This document shows, piece after piece, positions 1-7,900 of a DNA stretch of 32,000 nucleotides (its first letter is position 1; each line of letters begins with the position of its first letter). The DNA lies in the NCBI RefSeq assembly GCF_000017845.1, contig NC_010546.1:1830001-1862000 (forward strand), written 5' to 3'. Made by a program: the position numbers and the translations under genes. The notes under the pieces were generated by a model that saw nothing but the letters and a program-made list of their open reading frames with translations, was not told the DNA's origin and ran no database searches. Source of the DNA: Crocosphaera subtropica ATCC 51142 (lineage in GTDB: Bacteria > Cyanobacteriota > Cyanobacteriia > Cyanobacteriales > Microcystaceae).

Positions 1-582
1 GGTGTCAATGGTACGAGGATTATCGATCGCCTCTGGCCAAGCTCTTTGCAGCAATTCTGAACGACTGAGGGGGTTTCCTTCTGCTTGAGCTAGGACATAC
101 AATAAGCTAAATTCTTGAGGGGTTAAATCCACAAAATGCCCTTGAAACTGAACTCGGCGTTGTACCAAATCAATTTTTAAGTCCCCATAATCAAGGAACA
201 AAGGAGCAGAAGCAACACGCACCCGCCTGATGAGGGCTTCAACCCTGGCCATAAATTCTTGCATTCCGAAGGGTTTAGTCAAATAATCGTCAGCCCCTGC
301 ATTTAATCCTCTGACAATATCCTTTTCTGTGTTACGGGCTGATAAAATGAGAATCATGGATTGCCGTTGTTGGTGAAGCCACCGGCACAATTCTAGAGGA
401 TCTCCGTCAGATAGATCAGCGTCAAGGATCACTAAGGTGGGTTGGCGACGGGTAAAGACAGTACGAGCTTGTTGCAGATTCGCACATTGTTGCGCTGTGT
501 ATCCTGCCTGTTGCAGATGCCAACCTAATAATGAGCGTAGATGAGGATTTCCCTCAACAATAGCGGTATAAATGAGACTCAC
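1..582 (-). CDS. OmpR/PhoB-family response regulator (receiver + winged-helix), C-terminus runs off the window start
   Basis: Not in the ORF track because it is edge-truncated. The reverse strand from GTG (580-582) reads VSLIYTAIVEGNPHL...TLVILDADLSDGDPLELC...ILILSARN...GADDYLTKPF...DLTPQEFSLLYVLAQAEGNPLSRSELL. This contains the phospho-Asp context, the S/T and K receiver positions, and the start of an OmpR-type wHTH. An in-frame stop lies upstream at 634-636. Confidence 0.8.
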   Translation of the reverse strand, partial: MSLIYTAIVEGNPHLRSLLGWHLQQAGYTAQQCANLQQARTVFTRRQPTLVILDADLSDGDPLELCRWLHQQRQSMILILSARNTEKDIVRGLNAGADDYLTKPFGMQEFMARVEALIRRVRVASAPLFLDYGDLKIDLVQRRVQFQGHFVDLTPQEFSLLYVLAQAEGNPLSRSELLQRAWPEAIDNPRTIDT

Positions 583-903
583 CTTAGTTTTCGTCCTTCT
601 AGTTTGACAGTCCTTAGCGTAGCAAACGTATTGTCAAGAATTTGTAACATCGGCTACGGTGCTATGGCTTATTTCCTAAGAAAATCTTAAAATTTACAGC
701 ATTCATCTCTTGTATTATCAATTGAGTTGTACGGTTTTCAAATTCATAAGACAGAGATAGAATATAAAATGCCGAACTGGTAGGATTTTCTTAAATTTTT
801 GCTTTATCTAATATTGTAGCTTGTTTTTCTGTTAATGATTCATTAAGATCAAGTCATTTATTTTTCTATCAATTTCCCTTTCAGTCATTCCCATTCATCG
901 ATT

Positions 904-1155
904 ATGCTGCAACATCCCTTGGCAATCCGTTATTACCAAAATCTTACAGACGGCATGGTGGAGCTATGGAACCGAGGCCGTCGCTTTGATGAAATTCAGT
1001 GTTATATGGATGGCTATCTTGCTTGTCTGCGACAGGTAAACGTTTTAGAACCCTATTTAATTCATCGTTTGGAAGAGGATGCTTGGCGTTTTTTCCGCGA
1101 TCCATCTAACTTTGAGTTCACTGCTTTAGAACCTGAAACCGATTATTATCGATAA
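904..1155 (+). CDS. small conserved hypothetical protein (83 aa), no assignable function
   Basis: Clean ORF in an otherwise non-coding stretch, followed by a strong intrinsic terminator. The sequence (IRYYQNLTDGMVELWNRG...YLIHRLEEDAWRFFRDPSNF) looks like a folded soluble protein, but I cannot name the family. Confidence 0.5.
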   Translation: MLQHPLAIRYYQNLTDGMVELWNRGRRFDEIQCYMDGYLACLRQVNVLEPYLIHRLEEDAWRFFRDPSNFEFTALEPETDYYR

Positions 1156-1246
1156 TAATCATCTTTGTCTTGCGGGTCAAGATGTTAAGAGAACAAGCAA
1201 TGAACCCTGTAAACTTTAACCTCAAAAACTTATGAAACAGAACGTT

Positions 1247-1274
1247 AGCCCGCTAATGCGGGCTTATTTTTTTT
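1247..1274 (+). terminator. rho-independent terminator downstream of the 83-aa ORF
   Basis: Stem agcccgc (1247-1253), loop taat, stem gcgggct (1258-1264), followed by tatttttttt. The T-tract overlaps the grxD stop codon on the other strand. Confidence 0.6.
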
Positions 1275-1614
1275 ACGAAGCCAGAGCCACTTCTACCATT
1301 TGTTGTAGCTCTCCATTTTGGTACATTTCAATCATAATATCGGAGCCACCAACAAATTCCCCATTGATATAGACTTGGGGAATGGTAGGCCAGTTAGAAT
1401 ATTCTTTAATGCCTTGACGGATTTCAGGATCGGCTAAAACGTCAATGGTTTCAAAAGGAACGCCAAGGGTATTAAAAATTTGTACCACATTGTTAGAAAA
1501 GCCACATTGAGGCATTAACTTAGCACCTTTCATAAAGACCAATATTTTGTTATTTTTAACGAGTTGGTCGATTTTTTCTTTGGTTTCTGGTGTCATACTT
1601 ACTCCTTGAGACAT
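1273..1614 (-). CDS. grxD: monothiol (CGFS-type) glutaredoxin, Grx4/GrxD family
   Basis: The CGFS active site is encoded at 1495-1506 (tgtggcttttct on the - strand). [16 protein letters not shown] is typical of the family, as is the ~110 aa size. Confidence 0.9.
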   Translation of the reverse strand: MSQGVSMTPETKEKIDQLVKNNKILVFMKGAKLMPQCGFSNNVVQIFNTLGVPFETIDVLADPEIRQGIKEYSNWPTIPQVYINGEFVGGSDIMIEMYQNGELQQMVEVALAS

Positions 1615-1754
1615 TGATTCAGTGTTAATCCGCTCGAACTAAGATAAATTAGCTGGCTTGATCCCTGCGGTACAGGGCTGTTTTTTTGAGAAGAGTCAAA
1701 AAAATCGGCCGCACCTCCATAACTAAGGTTATTTCATCTCAGTATATACAGCAC

Positions 1755-2009
1755 TTATTTTTGGGCTGCTTCCCAACCTTGGGGGGTGTAAGTTTTCAAG
1801 GCCAGGGCATGAATAGCCTCAGATGCCATGGCATCTTGAAGTGCGCCATATACGATTTGGTGTTGTTTAATCATGGTTTTGCCTTCAAACGCAGCAGAGA
1901 CAACGATCGCTTCAAGATGATCCCCACCACCGGTCAGATCCCTAACCACCACTTGAGCATCGGGGAGTTGGGCTTTAATCATATCTTCAACTTGTGCAAG
2001 TGCAACCAT
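1755..2009 (-). CDS. BolA-family protein
   Basis: 84 aa with ...[36 protein letters not shown]...[11 protein letters not shown], the BolA signature. It is adjacent to a CGFS glutaredoxin, its well-known partner. Confidence 0.85.
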   Translation of the reverse strand: MVALAQVEDMIKAQLPDAQVVVRDLTGGGDHLEAIVVSAAFEGKTMIKQHQIVYGALQDAMASEAIHALALKTYTPQGWEAAQK

Positions 2010-2217
2010 GGGCTTTTTCTTTGGAAAACGAATAAAAAGACTACAATTAGTCTGACACTTTTTTTACCCATTGACTACCAACAAGGGGTTATAATCGGGG
2101 ACGAGTATTAAATTTTGAGAACATTTAGCATTCATCAGCAAAAACTATCTTTAAGATAACACCAACAACATGATTAGTTGATTGCATTTTTATTCAAGTT
2201 TGCTCATAAATTAAGTT

Positions 2218-2637
2218 ATGTCTCCTTTACCTGAGTACCGCCCCCAAAAATTGTCTTTAGGCTCCCTAGAAACGGAAATTTTAGAGATTATTTGGGACTT
2301 TGGCCAAGCCACCGTCAAGCAAATCCACGATCACATTTTGGCTGATCCAGAACGGGAACTGGCCTATGCTTCTGTAACGACGGTGTTAAACCGTTTAAGC
2401 AAAAAGGGTTGGCTCAAATGTTGTAAAAAAAATAAGGCTTTTGTATGGGAACCGTTAGTGTCCCGTGAACAGGCTAAGGCATTACAAGCTTACGAACAAT
2501 TACAACAATTTCTGGCTATCAGTAACCCAGATATGGTGGCTTCTTTTGCTGATAGTTTAGACGCAACCAGTTTAGAACAGTTAGAGGCGATCGCCACTCG
2601 TCTAAAAACGATTCGTCGTCAACGGGGGACTCCTTAA
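2218..2637 (+). CDS. BlaI/MecI/CopY-family winged-helix transcriptional repressor
   Basis: LGSLETEILEIIWDFGQATVKQIHDHI...LAYASVTTVLNRLSKKGWL is the typical Penicillinase_R N-terminal wHTH. The gene is 2 nt upstream of an M56 protease gene. Confidence 0.85.
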   Translation: MSPLPEYRPQKLSLGSLETEILEIIWDFGQATVKQIHDHILADPERELAYASVTTVLNRLSKKGWLKCCKKNKAFVWEPLVSREQAKALQAYEQLQQFLAISNPDMVASFADSLDATSLEQLEAIATRLKTIRRQRGTP

Positions 2638-2639
2638 CT

Positions 2640-3491
2640 ATGCACTTAATGATGATTTTAACGGCGTTGGCTTTGGCTGTAGGAATACGGTTAATTGATA
2701 GTTTATGCTGTTATAGCATGAGTCGTTGGCAGCGATCGCTAATTGCTTTTATTCTTCCCCCTTTATTATTATTGATGACAGCAATTGCCGTCATTTCTAT
2801 GGGATATCATGGAGAAATGTTAGGGTTTCCTGCGAGTCGTTTTAGTTATTTATTAGCCATATTTTTCCTAATATTTGCATTAATAAGAGGATTAGAAATT
2901 ACCTATCAAGGATGGTTGTCTATCCAAAAATTAAGGAATTATCCTCAAAAAAATATTAATCATCATCTAGCAAGAATTATTAACATCAATTTACCCTATA
3001 GCGCACAAATAGGGTTTTGGAATTCCCAGTTAATCATTAGTGAGGGTCTATTGCAAACTCTCGATAATGAGCATTTAAACGCTGTTATTGCCCATGAACA
3101 AGCCCATGCCCATTATCATGATACCTTTTGGTTTTTTTGGTTAGGTTGGTTAAAACGGATTAGCTTTTGGCTGCCTAATACTAATGCACTATGGCAAGAT
3201 TTATTACTATTAAGGGAAATTCGGGCTGATCAACAAGCGGCTCAAACAGTTGACCCGTTAACCTTAGCTGAATCCTTACTCATGATTGCCCAAGCAATTA
3301 ATCACATCACCACAGCTAGTCCTCTGGGCGTTGTAGAAGCAGGGTTTCATGATCTAGGCATAGATAATCGACTGGAAGAAAGAATAAACGCTTTATTTAA
3401 CGAATCCGATTATCTCAGGTTTGAGGGCATTGATTGGTATTTCATGTTATTAACCTTACTCCCCTTGGTTTCTATTCCCTTTCACCGTTAA
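2640..3491 (+). CDS. M56-family (BlaR1/MecR1-like) membrane zinc metalloprotease, without C-terminal sensor domain
   Basis: N-terminal hydrophobic segments are present, and a HEQAH zinc motif is encoded at 3093-3107. It is paired with the BlaI-type gene. At only 283 aa there is no penicillin-binding/transpeptidase-like domain. Confidence 0.8.
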   Translation: MHLMMILTALALAVGIRLIDSLCCYSMSRWQRSLIAFILPPLLLLMTAIAVISMGYHGEMLGFPASRFSYLLAIFFLIFALIRGLEITYQGWLSIQKLRNYPQKNINHHLARIININLPYSAQIGFWNSQLIISEGLLQTLDNEHLNAVIAHEQAHAHYHDTFWFFWLGWLKRISFWLPNTNALWQDLLLLREIRADQQAAQTVDPLTLAESLLMIAQAINHITTASPLGVVEAGFHDLGIDNRLEERINALFNESDYLRFEGIDWYFMLLTLLPLVSIPFHR

Positions 3492-3495
3492 TGAT

Positions 3496-4074
3496 TTAGC
3501 GGCCAACTAATTCAGCTTGAGCCGGGGTTAAAGAAGGTCTTTGACCGGGTAAAAAGGCAATAGGATTAACGGCTTTTTTGCCGTTAGGACGAATTTCAAA
3601 ATGTAAATGGGGGCCGGTACTAAATCCCGTGCTGCCCATTTCAGCAATTTGTTGGCCCCTTTCGACGGTTTGTCCTGAAGTTACCAGAAGCCGTTGGTTA
3701 TGGCCATAAACACTAACATTACCATCAGGGTGACGAATACTGACTTGATAACCAAGACCTTTATTACTCCAACCGGCAAACACCACCACTCCTGAGGCTG
3801 CAGCAACAATAGGGGTGCCAATAGCTGCAGCAATATCAACCCCTGTGTGTAGCTTATCAAACCGCATTCCAAAACCAGAGGTCAGGTTTCCTTGAGCCGG
3901 CCAAATATAACCCTTTGCTGATTCAGGGGTTTGGGGTAAATAGCGATCGGAAGGAAGGGGGCGTAACTTAGACCCTGTTTCACTCTCTCCGGAGGCGGAC
4001 ACCACAGTATGACAAACTAAAGAGAAACAAAGACTAATACCAGCAATAATTAATCGATTTGATAAAAATTTCAT
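3496..4074 (-). CDS. secreted M23 (LytM-type) peptidoglycan endopeptidase
   Basis: Signal-peptide-like N-terminus (MKFLSNRLIIAGISLCFSLVCHTVVSASG). Motifs HTGVDIAA and GSTGFSTGPHLHFEIR match HxxxD and HxH of M23. Confidence 0.85.
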   Translation of the reverse strand: MKFLSNRLIIAGISLCFSLVCHTVVSASGESETGSKLRPLPSDRYLPQTPESAKGYIWPAQGNLTSGFGMRFDKLHTGVDIAAAIGTPIVAAASGVVVFAGWSNKGLGYQVSIRHPDGNVSVYGHNQRLLVTSGQTVERGQQIAEMGSTGFSTGPHLHFEIRPNGKKAVNPIAFLPGQRPSLTPAQAELVGR

Positions 4075-4284
4075 AGGTTAATAATTGGGGTGCAAGGATT
4101 AAAGGGTTCTGATTGCGTTAAGAAAGTTAAAGAGTTGTAAGCCACTGTAGCAGAAAATTGACTTTTGTAAAATTCAATCAATTCCCTCAAATCTTTTAAT
4201 CTGATGATTACCCAATGTTTACCTTCATCTTTTAGACTGTCTCTTAAAGTATTGTCGTTTAACGGTGGGACAACTAAAATCAAG

Positions 4285-4887
4285 ATGCTGTTAGCTTATA
4301 ACCCAACACAACCGCTATCCCTAGAAGACACAGAGGGAGGACGACTACACTTTTATGAGCGAGGGGAAAATATTCCTTTAGTCACCGAAGGGGTGTGGCA
4401 AGTTTATCGTGGTGTTGCTCAATTGAGTCAACTATCTCCCCAAGGAGAGGAAATTTTGTTAGGGTGGGCGCAACCTGGTACTTTTTTTGGTTCCTGGTTA
4501 ACCTGTGTAGATTCTTATCAAGTCAAAGGATTATCGGATCTTTATTTAAAGTGGTATCCCATTGCAGACTTGAGCAACTCTCCTGAGTTGAGTCAAATGG
4601 CCTTTACCCAATTAGCCCGCCGAATGCGTCAAACCGAAGCTTTGTTAGCGATTTCAGGATTGAAACGGGTTGAAGATCGTTTACAGCAATTACTTTGTTT
4701 ACTCAAACAAGAATTGGGAGAAACCACAGACGAAGGAATCCGTATTCGAGTGCGTTTAACGCATCAAAATTTAGCCGGAGCGATTGGAACTACTAGGGTA
4801 ACAGTGACTCGTTTAATAGGAGAATTTCAACGGCAAGGATGGCTGAGTTTCGATGGCGATCGCCATATGATACTAGATCCGCTTTAG
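4285..4887 (+). CDS. Crp/Fnr-family transcriptional regulator
   Basis: cNMP-binding beta-roll-like segment (VWQVYRGVAQLSQLSPQGEEILLGWAQPGTFFG) and a C-terminal HTH (LTHQNLAGAIGTTRVTVTRLIGEFQRQGWLS). I prefer the ATG at 4285 over the track start at 4204. It gives the usual ~20-aa lead-in and leaves a divergent promoter region. Confidence 0.8.
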   Translation: MLLAYNPTQPLSLEDTEGGRLHFYERGENIPLVTEGVWQVYRGVAQLSQLSPQGEEILLGWAQPGTFFGSWLTCVDSYQVKGLSDLYLKWYPIADLSNSPELSQMAFTQLARRMRQTEALLAISGLKRVEDRLQQLLCLLKQELGETTDEGIRIRVRLTHQNLAGAIGTTRVTVTRLIGEFQRQGWLSFDGDRHMILDPL

Positions 4888-4950
4888 ACAGTAGACAGTC
4901 ATCTTGAGAAGGCAGAGGGAGCAGAGGGAGAAAGAATATTACTTAGCTTC

Positions 4951-4970
4951 AAAAAAAACGGGAAAAACCG
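4951..4970 (-). terminator. weak candidate terminator after the giant kinase gene
   Basis: The - strand reads cggtttttcccg followed by T8 (4951-4958), 27 nt past the stop at 4997. The stem is only about 3 bp, so support is weak. Confidence 0.3.
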
Positions 4971-4996
4971 ATAATTATGCTAGGGGAAATTAACGG

Positions 4997-7900
4997 TTAA
5001 GGTGAGATTTTTCCTATCATATTTCCAGTCGGTAGAATAATTTTTAATTCGGTATAATCGTTCTCTTGACTATCTATCAAAATTTGTCCTTGGTGTCCTT
5101 GTACGATAATATCATGGCTAATAGATAATCCTAATCCCGTTCCTTGTCCGGTGGGTTTAGTGGTAAAAAAGGGATTGAACACCTTATCTATGATGGGTTG
5201 AGCAATGCCTTTGCCATTGTCTCGAATCATGATTTCTATTTGTTCATGTTTAGCTGCTGTGGTTATTGTTAACGTTGGGGTGAAGTCTTCTTGAAGCGAT
5301 TTGCCCTTTTCATGAACAGCATAACAAGCATTATTAATAGCATTGAGAAAAACTCGACTAATATCTTGGGGAACAATGTTAATTTCTGGGATATTACTGT
5401 CATAATGAGTGTTAATTTTAATTTTAAAAGAAGGCTCTTTGACCCGCATTCCATGATAGGCTAAATTAACAGACTCAGCTAATAAATTATTAATATCTGT
5501 TAGTTGTCGTTGTCCTGGTTTTCCTTTCGAGTGCATTAACATTCCATGAACAATTTTATCGGCCCGTTGTCCATGTTCATGAATTTTCTGAGAATTTTGT
5601 TTAATATCTTCTAATATTTCTTCTATATAATCGATGGTTTCTGTATCTAATCCATCTTTGTGATCTTCTATTTCTTCTTGTAATTCTTCTGTTAACTCGA
5701 CACAAATTTCTGCAAAGTTATTGACGAAGTTTAAAGGGTTTTTGATTTCATGAGCAATTCCAGCTGTTAAAGCCCCAAGAGAGGCTAATTTTTCTTGGGC
5801 AATAATTTGATTTTGGGTTGCTTTAAGTTTGGCTAAAGTTACATTTAATTGCTTATTTTTATCTTGTAATTCTTGAGTTCTTGATTGAACTTTCTTTTCT
5901 AGGGTTTTACTATAGTCTTCTAGTTGTTCATAGAGACGAGAATTCTCAATGGAAATCGCAGCAGAACTCGATAGGATTTTAACAATTTCTACCCTTGCAG
6001 GGGTAAAAGCATCGGTAGTTAAATTATTTTCTAGATAAATAATTCCGTTGATTTTTCCTTGGTTAATAAGAGGAGTACAAAGAATTGATTTAGGTTTATT
6101 GTTAATAATGTAAGTCGTTTGAGTAAAGTTACCTTCTTGAGTCGCATCATTTAAAACAATACTTTCCTGGGTATGGGCAACATAGTTGATAATAGGTATT
6201 GATAGTCGAATATCGTGAGAATTTTGCTCAGAATTATTAAGAGGTATTGATTGTAAAATGGTCAGATTTGTATTGTCAATATTGCCTTCTGCTTCAATCA
6301 ACCAATTATTATTATGTTCGAGTAATAAAAATCCTTTTTGTGCGCCAGCATTTTCGATGATCGTTCTCATCAATTTTTCTAATAAATTTTTTAAAATAAT
6401 CTCACCAGAAATCACTTGAGATGCTTTGAAGATACTATTAAAATCTAACTCTTTAGTGAATCGTTTTTCAGTGATTTTTGTTTTTAATTTCTTGGGAGAA
6501 TAGTTGTCTTTTGAGATTAACTGAGGATAGGTTTCTTCTAAGTGTTTTAGTTTAGCAGTAGCACCCCAAACTTGATAATAGTAGTAGGCATCCTGTAAGT
6601 AATAATGAGCTAAATGGGTATGTTCTTTATTCAAATAAAATTTAGCAGCTAATTCATAAGCGATCGCTTGTTCATGAATATAATTACTTTTTTCAAAAGC
6701 AGTGATAGCTTGATCATAGCATTCTCTAGCATTTTTATCATCTCCTAATACACGATATAATTCAGCTTCGATTAAATAAAATTTACCTAAATAGTGACTA
6801 GGATTATGGGTTGCTAAAAGGTTTAGGTTTGTTTGGTGATTGGTGACTTTTTTGATGATACTCTGTTGTTCTTTTTCAGATTTTTGGTCATAAATAGCTA
6901 AATGGGTTAAACAATAGTAAAAAAGAAATTTTGGTGATCCTGCTGTTAACATTTCTCCTATATATTTTTCCCCTTCTAAAGCATATTCTAAGGCGTTTTC
7001 TAACTCACCCAATAGATAACAAATGGTAGTTTTATGGGTATAAATATGAAATAAAGCTAAATTATAGTTACCTTTTTTATACAAGGGAAGCATTTGCTCT
7101 TCGTTAAAGGCTTCACCAACTAAGCGACAAGGAAATTGGCATTCATTCTGCAAGTTAAGCACAAGTTGATAATTCATTGCTAAGAAATATAGACTATTCT
7201 TACTTTGCATTTTTTTAGCAGCTTGTATATATTTACTTAACTCGCTTTTCACTTGAGTTAATTCTTTTCCTATAGCAAATAAATAATTGCAATAGAGTTG
7301 AGCATTCCACATTGCATACTCAATATTACCTATTTCTAATCCTTTTTCATATCCTGACCGCAAAGGATTTAATAGTTCTTTAATAGGTTCTTTCCAATGT
7401 CTAATGGCTAAGATAACAACAAAGGAGGTTTGCGCTTCTACACGTTTTGCTTGAAGTTTTGATAATAAGGATAAAGCAAGTTTTCCAAATTCATAACCAG
7501 CATCAAAATTTTCACTAATTTGACATAATAGTTCACCATAAAAAGCATAAGCAACACAAGCTTCAGGGGAATTTCCATAGTTAAGGCATAACTTAATCTG
7601 TTGAGTAACGGTTATAATAAATAGTCGAGGACTCGCCAAAAATGCGGCCATACTCATAGTGACTAAAATTCGCAAAGAAGCTATGGCTTTATTATCAGTA
7701 ATCAGGGGTAAATTAACTAAGTCTTTGATAACTGTATCTTGGAGTAATAGATTCGTTTCTTCTAAGGAGTTTTTAATCTCTGAAGCAGTAGGATTTTTAG
7801 GAATAATGATACCTAATAAAGCTAAAGTTGATAACGATAAATTTATGGCTTCTAGTAAATTATTTTGGGATGTATAGGCCTTGATTTTTATTTCATACGC

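Noticed and set aside
1686-2111. 141-aa + strand ORF in the track
   Set aside because: It lies antisense to, and fully covers, the well-supported BolA gene (1755-2009). Its translation has no family resemblance, so it is an antisense-frame artefact.
4071-4283. 70-aa - strand ORF whose TGA overlaps the M23 peptidase ATG (ATGA junction), which could suggest translational coupling
   Set aside because: It would fill the whole divergent interval and leave 1 nt between its ATG (4281-4283) and the Crp-family ATG (4285), so there is no space for either promoter. It has no recognisable motif and its composition is that of intergenic DNA. It is kept only as a remote possibility.
4204-4284. N-terminal 27-codon extension of the Crp/Fnr ORF as given in the track
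   Set aside because: The extension (MITQCLPSSFRLSLKVLSFNGGTTKIK) precedes an internal ATG that gives the normal distance to the beta-roll. The extension also overlaps the region needed for divergent promoters.
4912-4929. Short tandem repeat gcagaggga x2 (and gacagta/gacagt just upstream) after the Crp-family gene
   Set aside because: There are only two units of 9 nt and no further copies in the window. That is too short to call a repeat element or a regulatory site.
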